Assembly (NCBI GenBank): GCA_049969675.1
Contig: JBMFOP010000012.1
Coordinates: 1-41,570 of the forward strand
Direction of reading: 5' to 3'
Length of the DNA stretch: 41,570 bases
DNA from: Myxococcota bacterium
GTDB taxonomy: Bacteria > Myxococcota > SpSt-1050
Below the pieces are notes generated by a model. The model was not told the origin of the DNA. It ran no database searches and saw only the letters and a list, made by a program, of their open reading frames with translations. The translations under genes were made by a program, and so were the position numbers. This document shows, piece after piece, positions 27,754 through 37,157 of this stretch (positions are counted from its first letter, which is position 1; each line of letters begins with the position of its first letter).

Positions 27754-28290
27754 TTATTGACGAAGATATGAGTTATTATTTATTGCACTGATAAATATGT
27801 CTTTTATTTCTAAAAATATCTCATTTAGAATACCTTTATCGGATTCTGTAAAATTTTCTTTTTTATTTATCAATTCAAGAATCGCAAAGATCTTGGTGTC
27901 ATATATTATAGGATAGGAAAGGATATTCTTTGTTTTAAACCCAGTCTTTCTATCAAATCCTCTATTAAATCTAATATCCTGTTCGGGATTATTGCTAATA
28001 ATACAACTCTTCTCCTTTGCGGTATGTCCGACAATCCCGATACCAAATTTGATAGTAATTTTATTAAGGTCCTCTGTTCCTGCACCAGCAGATTTTAACG
28101 CATATATCTCTTCTGCTGTATGATTTATTGCAAATAGCGATGCAGCCTCCACCTCAAATAATGCCCTCGCTATCTCTATGATATCTTCAAGAAACATATT
28201 AGCCCTTTCACTCTGGCCACCCTCACCTTGAGATGACAATTTTGAATATTTATTCTTCAAGAAATTCTTCGCAAGATCTGTGATATTCAT
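27754..28290 (-). CDS. Stand-alone GAF domain protein
   Basis: GIGIVG, D.RFN..FD.KTGFKTKNIL..PI, LELINK...FT..D (NKFDE-type GAF). Start set at ATG 28290 (AAGGAGGT RBS). Confidence 0.85.
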   Translation of the reverse strand: MNITDLAKNFLKNKYSKLSSQGEGGQSERANMFLEDIIEIARALFEVEAASLFAINHTAEEIYALKSAGAGTEDLNKITIKFGIGIVGHTAKEKSCIISNNPEQDIRFNRGFDRKTGFKTKNILSYPIIYDTKIFAILELINKKENFTESDKGILNEIFLEIKDIFISAINNNSYLRQ

Positions 28291-28409
28291 CCTGACCTCC
28301 TTAGGTAGGTATTTATCTATCATTGTGTAGTAAAAAATCAATTATAAATGTTGCAGGATTGTGAAATTGTGATAAAATGAAAAAGTATTGATTAACTCAA
28401 GGAGGAGTT

Positions 28410-28862
28410 ATGAAGAGAGTATCAGTATTAGTAATTTTATTGGCGATTTTTATGTTTTATGCCTGTGATGAGGTTGCAGATGCAGTATTTAAAGATGTAA
28501 AAGGAGTCTTCAAAGGCACCACAAAGGAGTATCTGAACATTACAATTGATATCTCAAAACAGGATAAAGACAGACTTGAAGGAACAGTGAAGTTTGAGAT
28601 CAATCAGGCAAAGGTCCCTGAAGGTGATACGCTCGTAAAATATATTCCAAGTAAGGATAGTGCTTTTACGGGCGAGATTGTACTTAACAGGGTTGTCCTT
28701 ACGACAGATGAATACACCGCTAAGGTAAACGACAAAGATGTCCCTGTAAAGATTGTATTCACTCTTGATAGGTCAGATGACGGGAAGAAACTTACAGGCA
28801 ATATGACCTTCTCTGGTATCAGTGATCTTGGAGAGATTCCGATTGAAGTGACAAAGCAGTAA
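28410..28862 (+). CDS. Hypothetical lipoprotein (beta-rich)
   Basis: Lipobox FYAC; AAGGAGG RBS. Confidence 0.75.
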   Translation: MKRVSVLVILLAIFMFYACDEVADAVFKDVKGVFKGTTKEYLNITIDISKQDKDRLEGTVKFEINQAKVPEGDTLVKYIPSKDSAFTGEIVLNRVVLTTDEYTAKVNDKDVPVKIVFTLDRSDDGKKLTGNMTFSGISDLGEIPIEVTKQ

Positions 28863-28875
28863 ATAAAAAATTTTT

Positions 28876-31086
28876 CTACATTTTCTTTTTTATTATTAAG
28901 TAAAATGCCTTTATATGTTCAAACTTTCTTCTATGAAAATCATTATTTGTAAATCTATTATTAGATTCACCATCTATTAAGGCAATAAGTTTGTCAGCCG
29001 ATTTGTAATCTTTTAATATGATGTAAGATGTAAGGAGCATATTTGCGCTCTCTAAAAGAACTGAATCAGGCATTTCTTTGTGATTTATAGACTCATAGAG
29101 GAAAAAACTTAGATGTTTACTCGCATTTATATAGTCTTTGCTGTTGTAGAGTAGCCTTCCAAAGAGATACCTTGCGACAAGATTGTTGGAGTTAAGTATA
29201 ACATCTGAAAGTATTCCAGCCCTGGTGTTAGGACTCTTCTCAATTGAATAGAATTTCTTTAACAAATCAATATTCTTAGATTGGTAGAGAAATCTCTTAA
29301 TTTCATAGTTTCTCTTTGCGTCAGAGTCTGGTAGCCTATCAATATGATTTTCTATCAGGGCAATTCCAGTATCTATATCGCCTTTTAATATTAGAATATC
29401 AGATAAAGTATCAAGCAGTATTGTATAATAATAGGCATTTTCTGATTTATGGATATTTTTTCTGACGAGATTTTCGGCCTCGTCATATTTGGTTAAATTT
29501 ATCAAAGCCTTTGTCAATTCAAGTGTAATATCGCTATTGAGCGAACAATAATCCACAATCTCCTCACCAATTTTATATGCCTTTGTAGATATGTTCTTTC
29601 TGTTGTATTCCAATATTATATTTTTTATATTTGCAATTTCGTGAGGGCATTGCTTATCAATAATACCCTTTGAACTATATATTACTGAAGCCCAATATTC
29701 TTTCTGGGGGGTAATCTCTACTCTGGATAAAAAATCTCTGTATTCACTCTCTATTTCAGATAGACTCTTCTTATATACCTCTTCAAATTCAACATAATTC
29801 AATATCCTCTTAAATTTATCAACCCCATATCTTTCAATGAGGAATTTAATAAATGAGCCAGATGCAGAATATGAAATACCACCACTCAATGAGTAGAATA
29901 TTCTGACATTAAAGAGACCTTTAAAGGATGGAAGTTTGTCTTTTTTCAGAAGTATTGCTGCCTTTTCATGAAGGGTTAAGATATTTGTCTCAGGTTCAAG
30001 CGCAACAGATATCCCTTCTATTACTGCCATATTAGGAATCAAACCTTTGAATCTTCCATATAGATTTAGAGGTGAATCCAGTAGTTGACCTACCAGTATA
30101 TGTGATATCTCATGACATAATTTTGAATCTGTCAGAGAAATGGGTGTGAGATAGATCTCTTTCAACCATGGCTTTGCAATCTGCGTTCTTGAGGCACCTG
30201 TGAGTTCCTTCTTCTCATCTTCGTTTCTGAAGATAAACGAAGTAATTCTTATATCTGTATTCAGTTCAAGTCTATTCAAAAGTTGTGAATAATAATATTC
30301 GTGTAAATTTGCAATGGTCTCAATCTCTCTGGACCAGTCCTGATCTGGTGGGTAGATTATATCAAAATGTTCGGTTTTATATATAGCACCGACAACGGAT
30401 TTTATATCTTCTCTATTGTATTCAAGGTTATCTATTTCATTATGGATTATGAGAGCAATTGGGATTAAAAATAATACAATTAGATTTTTTATAAATGACC
30501 TCTTATAAAGAAAAAGCCATATAGATGTTGAGATTATAATACTCAGCAATTTATATAGAATCAGGACTCTGTCCGGGGTGATGTCTTCGTCATATATGGG
30601 TCCTGAGAATAAACCCCAGAATAGGCTATAAAATCTGACTTTTGGTTGACTCAACAATTCATATATATTAAAAGTAATGGAAAAAAGTATAATCATAAAG
30701 ATTAAAATTGCTGCAATATAAGGCCTCAATTTAAGCCTTCTGAAAATGAGAGAGATACTACTCAGTAACATAAGCAGGGGTGCTATAAGAATGAAATAGA
30801 ATATATACCCATCAAGCCCGGGACAAAACCCCTTAATAGTGCCAGATATTGTCAATAATATCAATGGGATAAAGAATAATATTAAAGTTATACTTAAAGA
30901 AGTCTCCACAAAATCCTCATCCAGATAGATTTTCTGAAGTTTGTGACTCAGATATATATAGAAGATAAGGATGAAGATATTTATCGCCATTGCTGATTCG
31001 TAAGATGGAGTTGCTGTAAGAGGTAAAAAGAGTAGAATTATAGAAAAGGTTAATGAACTGAAGAATGTTAATATGGACAACTTCAT
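28876..31086 (-). CDS. Membrane protein with a gluzincin-like (peptidase MA-type) HExxH domain and C-terminal TPR-like region
   Basis: About 7 N-terminal TM segments; TEHFDI.Y; HEISH followed by EG; Y..SGSF..FL...YG. Start probably ATG 31086. Confidence 0.75.
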   Translation of the reverse strand: MKLSILTFFSSLTFSIILLFLPLTATPSYESAMAINIFILIFYIYLSHKLQKIYLDEDFVETSLSITLILFFIPLILLTISGTIKGFCPGLDGYIFYFILIAPLLMLLSSISLIFRRLKLRPYIAAILIFMIILFSITFNIYELLSQPKVRFYSLFWGLFSGPIYDEDITPDRVLILYKLLSIIISTSIWLFLYKRSFIKNLIVLFLIPIALIIHNEIDNLEYNREDIKSVVGAIYKTEHFDIIYPPDQDWSREIETIANLHEYYYSQLLNRLELNTDIRITSFIFRNEDEKKELTGASRTQIAKPWLKEIYLTPISLTDSKLCHEISHILVGQLLDSPLNLYGRFKGLIPNMAVIEGISVALEPETNILTLHEKAAILLKKDKLPSFKGLFNVRIFYSLSGGISYSASGSFIKFLIERYGVDKFKRILNYVEFEEVYKKSLSEIESEYRDFLSRVEITPQKEYWASVIYSSKGIIDKQCPHEIANIKNIILEYNRKNISTKAYKIGEEIVDYCSLNSDITLELTKALINLTKYDEAENLVRKNIHKSENAYYYTILLDTLSDILILKGDIDTGIALIENHIDRLPDSDAKRNYEIKRFLYQSKNIDLLKKFYSIEKSPNTRAGILSDVILNSNNLVARYLFGRLLYNSKDYINASKHLSFFLYESINHKEMPDSVLLESANMLLTSYIILKDYKSADKLIALIDGESNNRFTNNDFHRRKFEHIKAFYLIIKKKM

Positions 31087-31106
31087 AAAATTATATATGT
31101 CATTTC

Positions 31107-31136
31107 TTTGACAAATAGTCAAAAATGAAATAGATA
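31107..31136. promoter_or_regulatory. Divergent promoter region with TTTGAC-N5-GTCAAA inverted repeat
   Basis: TTGACA(31108)-17 nt-TAGATA(31131)-7 nt-ATG(31144) on the plus strand; TTGACT on the minus strand faces the peptidase gene. Confidence 0.5.
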
Positions 31137-31143
31137 TTTTTCT

Positions 31144-32571
31144 ATGGAGAAGGGGAGAATATTAATAGTTGATGAAGATTGGTTTGCCAGAGACCTTTAT
31201 TCGGAATATCTGCAGATAGATAATAATATCGTTGATACCACAGCAGACCCGATTGAAGCCTTTGAGCTACTTCAACGAAATGAATACGATATTATAATTA
31301 CTGATATGTTTACACGAAGATTGTCCGGACTGGATTTTATTGAGGAGATAAGGAAGAATTTTCAATCAGTATCAATAATTGTGATATCCGGGGTAAATGC
31401 AGTAGAACCCGCGGTCAAGGCATTAAGGCTTGGGGCTTTTGACTATCTCTTAAAACCGGTCAATCCAGAGACGCTCAAGCTTGCTGTCAAGAAGTGTCTG
31501 GAAGTAAGACATCTCTTAAAGGAGAATATAGAACTGAAATCTTATGTGGACCTATATAGTGCCTCACAGAGAATCGTATCTACAATTGATGCAGACAGAA
31601 TATATTCAATCTCGGTGGAGACCTTGATGGAGATAATAAAGGCTGATTGTGGCCTATTTATTGAGAAGAGAGATGGAGATAAAGAATTTATTATAAGGTC
31701 TAACAAGAATATTGATGTTAACAATGCTCAAAATATTTTAAAACTATTGCAGGACTATTTTCAAAAAGTGGGCGATTCTCCATATATTGAAAAGATATCA
31801 TTATTTAATAGGGAGGAGATAGAGGAGATATATAGAAAAATAACTTTTATGATGATAATCCCTTTAAGACATAATTCAAAAGTGTTGGGTTTTATAATTC
31901 TCTTTAGATTTTTCAACAGGATATCTTTCTCTACAAGGGAGATCAAAGATGCAGAGTTCCTGATGAAGAATATTGTATCTTCAATTCTAAATATTCAACA
32001 GTTTTCTGAGATAAAGAGCCTTGCATATATTGATGAACTGACCGGGCTCTATAATATCAGATATTTTGAGGAGGTCTTAAAAAGAGAAATAAATAAGGGT
32101 ACTTCAAACAATGTCTTCTCAATCCTGTTTATGGACCTTGACCATTTTAAAGAAGTAAATGATACTTACGGACATCTTATAGGCTCAAAACTCCTTGTTG
32201 AGGCAGGCAGGATTATCAAGGGATGTGTAAGAGAGAATGATATTACAGTTAGATATGGAGGTGATGAATTTTGTGTATTATTGTTGCAGACAGGACAGGA
32301 GGAGGCTTTGCGGATAGCAGAAAGAATTAGAAAGACCATTGAGGGTCACAGGTTTATGAGTAGAGAGTCGCTTAATATAAAACTGACCATCTGTATAGGT
32401 GTTGCAGTATATCCTCATCATGCAACATCACTACTTGGCATAATAGAGAAGGCAGATAATGCTATGTATGCCGGAAAGAATTCCACAAGAAATGTGGTAA
32501 ACCTGGCCTCCAGTTCAAATGGTAAGATGGATAATAACAGTGATGCAGGGCTCGGATTTAAAGAGAAGTAA
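31144..32571 (+). CDS. REC-GAF-like-GGDEF dinucleotide cyclase, Hypr/GacA type (predicted 3',3'-cGAMP synthase)
   Basis: REC with phospho-acceptor Asp and Lys; DELTGLYN; DLDHFKEVNDTYGHLIGS (Ser at residue 348 instead of Asp); RxxD I-site (REND); RYGGDEF. Confidence 0.88.
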   Translation: MEKGRILIVDEDWFARDLYSEYLQIDNNIVDTTADPIEAFELLQRNEYDIIITDMFTRRLSGLDFIEEIRKNFQSVSIIVISGVNAVEPAVKALRLGAFDYLLKPVNPETLKLAVKKCLEVRHLLKENIELKSYVDLYSASQRIVSTIDADRIYSISVETLMEIIKADCGLFIEKRDGDKEFIIRSNKNIDVNNAQNILKLLQDYFQKVGDSPYIEKISLFNREEIEEIYRKITFMMIIPLRHNSKVLGFIILFRFFNRISFSTREIKDAEFLMKNIVSSILNIQQFSEIKSLAYIDELTGLYNIRYFEEVLKREINKGTSNNVFSILFMDLDHFKEVNDTYGHLIGSKLLVEAGRIIKGCVRENDITVRYGGDEFCVLLLQTGQEEALRIAERIRKTIEGHRFMSRESLNIKLTICIGVAVYPHHATSLLGIIEKADNAMYAGKNSTRNVVNLASSSNGKMDNNSDAGLGFKEK

Positions 32572-32638
32572 TCTCTTTTTAATTGAAAATTGGCAAAAGT
32601 AAATATAAAGTCTGCAACTCTTGTTGAGGAGTTACCTT

Positions 32639-33757
32639 ATGGAGTTAAGTATTACTGGATTTGCCAATTCTGGAAAGACCACATTATTTAATGCTATTAC
32701 TGGTGCCGGGATTGAGACATCTGCCCTTATCACCAATGAGGCAAAGCCGATATTCAGAAATGTTGATGTGCCTGATTCAAGGATTGATTATCTATCAGGA
32801 TTATTTAAACCTCAGAAGACCACTTATACAAATATAAAATATATTGATTTCATCGGTTTTATAAAGGGAGACACAAAGAGAAACCGGGCAATAATTGACC
32901 TTATAAAAGATTCAGATGCAATAGTAAATGTGGTAAGGGCTTTTGAATCTGGTGCTGTTGTACATCCACTGGAATCAGTTGATTATTTAAGGGATATTAT
33001 ATTGTTTGAATCTGAACTCATTCTTATGGACCTTGAGCTTGTTGAGAATAGATTAAATAGAATTCAGGAGGGGGAGAAAAAGGGTAAGAGGGGAAATCCA
33101 CGAGAGGTTGAGATACTTATGAAATGTCATAATATTCTCTCTGATGATATACCATTAAGGGAGGTGGATTTTTCATCTGATGAACTCATAGATATGAGAC
33201 ATCTTCAATTTGCATCAATCAAGCCAGAACTGATTGTAATTAATACTGATGAAAATAGTTCTAAAGAAGAGATGACTGAAATCACAGAAAGGGTAAAGAG
33301 TGAATTTATTAAGAATAGACGAAATATTGAAGTAATCACCCTATGTGCAAAGATTGAGAGCGAGATAGCACAACTCCAGCCTGATGAGAGGGCGCTCTTT
33401 TTAAGAGAGATGAATATTGATAAACCGGCATTGAGTAAATTGATTGAGAGTTCATACAACCTCCTTGATGTAATTTCGTTTATTACAGTTGGAGAAGATG
33501 AGGTGAGGGCGTGGTCAATCAGGAAGGGCTCAAGTGCCCAGCAGGCAGCAGGTAGAATTCACTCTGATATTGAACAGGGATTTATAAGGGCAGAGGTCGT
33601 CTCTTACTCTGATTTTGTAAGAATGGTAGAGGAATTCGGAGGGAGATTACCTCCTGACTATGTTGGTGAATTGAAGTCAAAGCATAGACTAAGACTTGAA
33701 AATAAAGACTATATTGTAAATGATGGAGATATAATTAATTTCAGACACGCAAGATAA
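32639..33757 (+). CDS. ychF: YchF/Obg-like ATPase (divergent; C-terminal DUF933/TGS domain)
   Basis: GFANSGKTTLFNA, VPD.R...L, VVRAF, FITVG.DEVRAW, AAG.IHSD...GFIRAEV, DYIV.DGD. Start set at ATG 32639 (GAGGAG RBS). Confidence 0.88.
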   Translation: MELSITGFANSGKTTLFNAITGAGIETSALITNEAKPIFRNVDVPDSRIDYLSGLFKPQKTTYTNIKYIDFIGFIKGDTKRNRAIIDLIKDSDAIVNVVRAFESGAVVHPLESVDYLRDIILFESELILMDLELVENRLNRIQEGEKKGKRGNPREVEILMKCHNILSDDIPLREVDFSSDELIDMRHLQFASIKPELIVINTDENSSKEEMTEITERVKSEFIKNRRNIEVITLCAKIESEIAQLQPDERALFLREMNIDKPALSKLIESSYNLLDVISFITVGEDEVRAWSIRKGSSAQQAAGRIHSDIEQGFIRAEVVSYSDFVRMVEEFGGRLPPDYVGELKSKHRLRLENKDYIVNDGDIINFRHAR

Positions 33758-35026
33758 CTATTTTACCGCCTTCATCCTCCTTAAAAATTCTCTTGAATCT
33801 ACAAATCCATTGATTCTTAATTCCTCAATCTCATTTTGTTGAGAATCAAGAAAGATTATTGCGGGGAGTCCGGAGATTTTATATCTCTTTTCAATCTCCG
33901 ATACCCGTTCATCTGGACTGGTGGCATCAATCATTATCATTACAAAACGTTTTGACTCCTCTTGAATATCTTTATCTGGAAATGTCTTCTTCTTAATCTC
34001 TGTGCAGGCTGCACACCAATTGGCATAAAAGTCTATTATGGCTGGTCTCTTCTCTGTTTGAGCCAATTTAATACCTTCATCATAATCTTTTATCCATACA
34101 ATATTATCTTCTGGAGTATGTGAAGTTGAGAGAAAAGAGATTATACCCACTGAAATAAGAGATACCATCAATAACTTTTGTAACTTTATTCTGAAAGTCA
34201 TAAAGTCTGCCTCTTTTGTGAGACCACCTCCCAGAATCCCAATAACAATTAAAATTATACCTGTAATATAGTTGATGTGAGAAACAAAGTTATAAATAGA
34301 GTTTATGAGGTGGAAGGAATAAGAAATGATTGCTATTGCAAAGATTGAACGGACAATTACCATCCATCTACCAGATTTTGGTAGTTTTTTCAATAATGAT
34401 GAGAAACTACCGGCGATAATAAAGATAACAGAAAGCCCCGCTGCGTAAGAGAATAGATAAATGCCTCCTAACATTGGTGAGCCGCCGGTACTTATAAATA
34501 TCAGTGCCGATGCCAGAATGGGACCGGTGCAGGGTGCCGCAACAAATCCAGCAACAAGTCCCATAGCAAATAGGGAGAATATACCTGAACCTCTGATATT
34601 TAATATCCTTTTTGTAATAAAATCTGGAAGTTTTATCTCATAAAATCCATTCATAGAGAGACCCATAATAAAGAAGAGCATGGCAATTAGCATTACAAAT
34701 ACAGGATTCCCCATATAGTTCCCAAATGTAAATGAGCCAATTCCAGCCAGCATCCCAAGAACTGTATATGTTAGGATAATCCCTGAAGAATAGATGACTG
34801 ACATAACAAATGCAGGGCGCTGATAATTCTTATTTATCTCTGATATAATGCCTATTGTCACCGGGATGAGAGGATAGACACAGGGAGTAAAGGCTGTGAG
34901 AAATCCACCTACAAACATAATAAAAATGATTTGAATTACTGACCTGTCAGCGATATTAAGATTTTCTGTAAAACCGACAGTTAATAGTGAAATAATAAAA
35001 ATTAAAAGGTAGTTTCTAATCTTCAT
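33758..35026 (-). CDS. dsbD: DsbD-like thiol:disulfide interchange protein (transmembrane plus thioredoxin domains)
   Basis: FTPCVYP, AAPCTGP, LPKSG.WM, DFYANWCAAC, GLP. Confidence 0.9.
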   Translation of the reverse strand: MKIRNYLLIFIISLLTVGFTENLNIADRSVIQIIFIMFVGGFLTAFTPCVYPLIPVTIGIISEINKNYQRPAFVMSVIYSSGIILTYTVLGMLAGIGSFTFGNYMGNPVFVMLIAMLFFIMGLSMNGFYEIKLPDFITKRILNIRGSGIFSLFAMGLVAGFVAAPCTGPILASALIFISTGGSPMLGGIYLFSYAAGLSVIFIIAGSFSSLLKKLPKSGRWMVIVRSIFAIAIISYSFHLINSIYNFVSHINYITGIILIVIGILGGGLTKEADFMTFRIKLQKLLMVSLISVGIISFLSTSHTPEDNIVWIKDYDEGIKLAQTEKRPAIIDFYANWCAACTEIKKKTFPDKDIQEESKRFVMIMIDATSPDERVSEIEKRYKISGLPAIIFLDSQQNEIEELRINGFVDSREFLRRMKAVK

Positions 35027-36186
35027 TATCCTCTAATATATAACTCCCTGACTCTTAAAGATGCATCAATATTGTGATAAGATTCAACATTTAAGATATT
35101 TTGATGTAAAAGATTGAGATATCTATTGTAGTTTTCAGCAATGGTTATCGCCTTTCCGTTTAGAAAATCCTCTTTGGAAAAGATAAACATCCCTCTCTTC
35201 TCTTCATCAGTCAGCCCCTCAGCCCCTATATCGGTGGTAATTATCAGATTCTCATTTGCCATACCCTCAACGATCTTGACTCTTGCGCCACCACCTGTAA
35301 ATATTGGGGCAATGAGAATTCTTCCTTTCTGTAAAAATTTATGGGGCTCATCTATATTTGCAGTTAAAATAATATTATTTTGTTGATTGTTAGTATATCT
35401 TAAAAGATTGATATTTCTTCCTCCAATTAGCAACTTTTTACCTCCGATAACGCTTTTGATATTATCAAGGATAAATTGTGCAGCATCTCTATTTGGCTTA
35501 TGTTCATAGTTGCCTAAGAATACAAAATCAAATTCTCTTTCATCAGGATTTATTCTCTTCTCAGGAATTTCTATCGTCAGCGGTATATGATGTACACCCT
35601 TATTTTTAATAAATATCTTAATGAGTTCTACCTCAAACTGATTATATGAAAGGATGATATCTGCCTCTTTTAGCAGCCTGATCTCCTGCAATGCTGATTT
35701 GATACTATCAAATATAAGGTATAGTTTATCTCTCTTTGTGTAATTGAGTTTGCCCTCCCTGAATTGTCTTAAGAAATTGAGTTCGTGGATATTAATAATC
35801 TTTGGTACCCCTGAGAAATTTTTTATATAATGTCCCATAGATATGAACTCAGCAAATATGGCAGAGTAATGCTGATTTGAGAGCATTTTCAGGATTTTAT
35901 TCATCTTTGAGGAATAATAACTTACAACACCTTCGCAGGAAAATAGATTTGGTTTATATGAACTGTTGAATGGGATTATGAAATATCTCTGCGTATACTG
36001 ATTTAAGAATATCTTTACCTCCTCAAGTGATGAATCGTCAGATTTGGGTATGTTAAATGATACAAAGTCTGTAAGATACCCATTCCGCTTTAATGCCTTA
36101 ATCAAATTTCTGATTTGAGTAGAGCCTCCGTTATGCGATTTGAGTGGTAAAATCTGTGAAATTATTAAAATAGATTTCATAGTCAT
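35026..36186 (-). CDS. Glycosyltransferase family 4
   Basis: P....GG, F.GNY.H.PN.DA, API..GGG.RVKIVEGMA, ITT.IGAEG. Confidence 0.88.
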   Translation of the reverse strand: MTMKSILIISQILPLKSHNGGSTQIRNLIKALKRNGYLTDFVSFNIPKSDDSSLEEVKIFLNQYTQRYFIIPFNSSYKPNLFSCEGVVSYYSSKMNKILKMLSNQHYSAIFAEFISMGHYIKNFSGVPKIINIHELNFLRQFREGKLNYTKRDKLYLIFDSIKSALQEIRLLKEADIILSYNQFEVELIKIFIKNKGVHHIPLTIEIPEKRINPDEREFDFVFLGNYEHKPNRDAAQFILDNIKSVIGGKKLLIGGRNINLLRYTNNQQNNIILTANIDEPHKFLQKGRILIAPIFTGGGARVKIVEGMANENLIITTDIGAEGLTDEEKRGMFIFSKEDFLNGKAITIAENYNRYLNLLHQNILNVESYHNIDASLRVRELYIRG

Positions 36187-37043
36187 TTATTATTACAGAA
36201 AGCCAGTAAAATGCAATCTTTACATACATCTTTATTAAAAGAATGTCTACATCCTTCACTAATACCGATGTGGGCTAATGCAAAGTCGTATTTAACAGGG
36301 TCAAGAGGCGAATAATTCCTCAAGAAGTTTGTTATTTCTATTGCACATTTTATATCACTTATCCTCCTTGAGGTCATTTTGAGGAGTCTTCCTATATTTG
36401 CTGTATGAGTATCAAGGGGTATAATCAGGTCTTTACTCTCTACTGTATTTATAATCCCAAAGTCTATATTATCTTTACGAACCATCCATCTCAGAAACAT
36501 AAATATCCTTTTAAGTGGGCTATTTGCTTTCGGGTCTGGAAACATAAAATTTATGCCGTCAGTAAATCTATTCTTATTAATATCTGAAATCTCATTGAAG
36601 AAACCTCTCCTTAAATTGGTTATACCTGTAATGATATCATTTTTTCTAAAAGGGGCGGAGAAGAATTCAATCAGCCTATCTTCTTTTAAGATTTTTTGTA
36701 ATGATTTTAATAAAATTGAAATATCTGTGCTACTATAGAATCTGTAATAAATATCTTTTGTAAGCAAATCAATTCTCTTCTCATCTATCCCAATAAGAAA
36801 TCTAACTGGCTCATCTGTAAGTGTTGAAAATAGATTTTCAAGTACATTCTTGAATAACTGAACTTTCCCATATGAAAAAATGGCAGAGATAAAGCCGATA
36901 AGAAGTATATCCTCTTCTTTTTTATACCTATGAGGGAACTCTATCGGGTCGTTGAAAATATATCTTTTGTCATTGTACTTTTCATAGAGCAAATCAAGAA
37001 CCTTCCTCAAGTTTCTATCATACATAGGCAGAATTATTATCAT
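36183..37043 (-). CDS. TIGR02757/DUF2400 family protein (HhH-GPD-like) with a 4-Cys C-terminus
   Basis: DPIEFPHRY, SYG, KR..MFLRWMVRKD..DFG, IPLDTH, DPVKYDFAL. Confidence 0.9.
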   Translation of the reverse strand: MIIILPMYDRNLRKVLDLLYEKYNDKRYIFNDPIEFPHRYKKEEDILLIGFISAIFSYGKVQLFKNVLENLFSTLTDEPVRFLIGIDEKRIDLLTKDIYYRFYSSTDISILLKSLQKILKEDRLIEFFSAPFRKNDIITGITNLRRGFFNEISDINKNRFTDGINFMFPDPKANSPLKRIFMFLRWMVRKDNIDFGIINTVESKDLIIPLDTHTANIGRLLKMTSRRISDIKCAIEITNFLRNYSPLDPVKYDFALAHIGISEGCRHSFNKDVCKDCILLAFCNNK

Positions 37044-37144
37044 ATTAGAAGATTTTATAAAATAATATTTGTATTAAAAGAAACTAAATTTCATTATTGT
37101 ATCACTTTTTACTTGTATCTATATAAAATTTGTAATTATTTATT

Positions 37145-37157
37145 CTGACTTAGTCAG
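37145..37157. promoter_or_regulatory. Perfect 6-1-6 palindrome abutting the RBS of the ammonia-lyase gene (candidate operator)
   Basis: CTGACT-T-AGTCAG running directly into AGGAGG. Confidence 0.5.
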
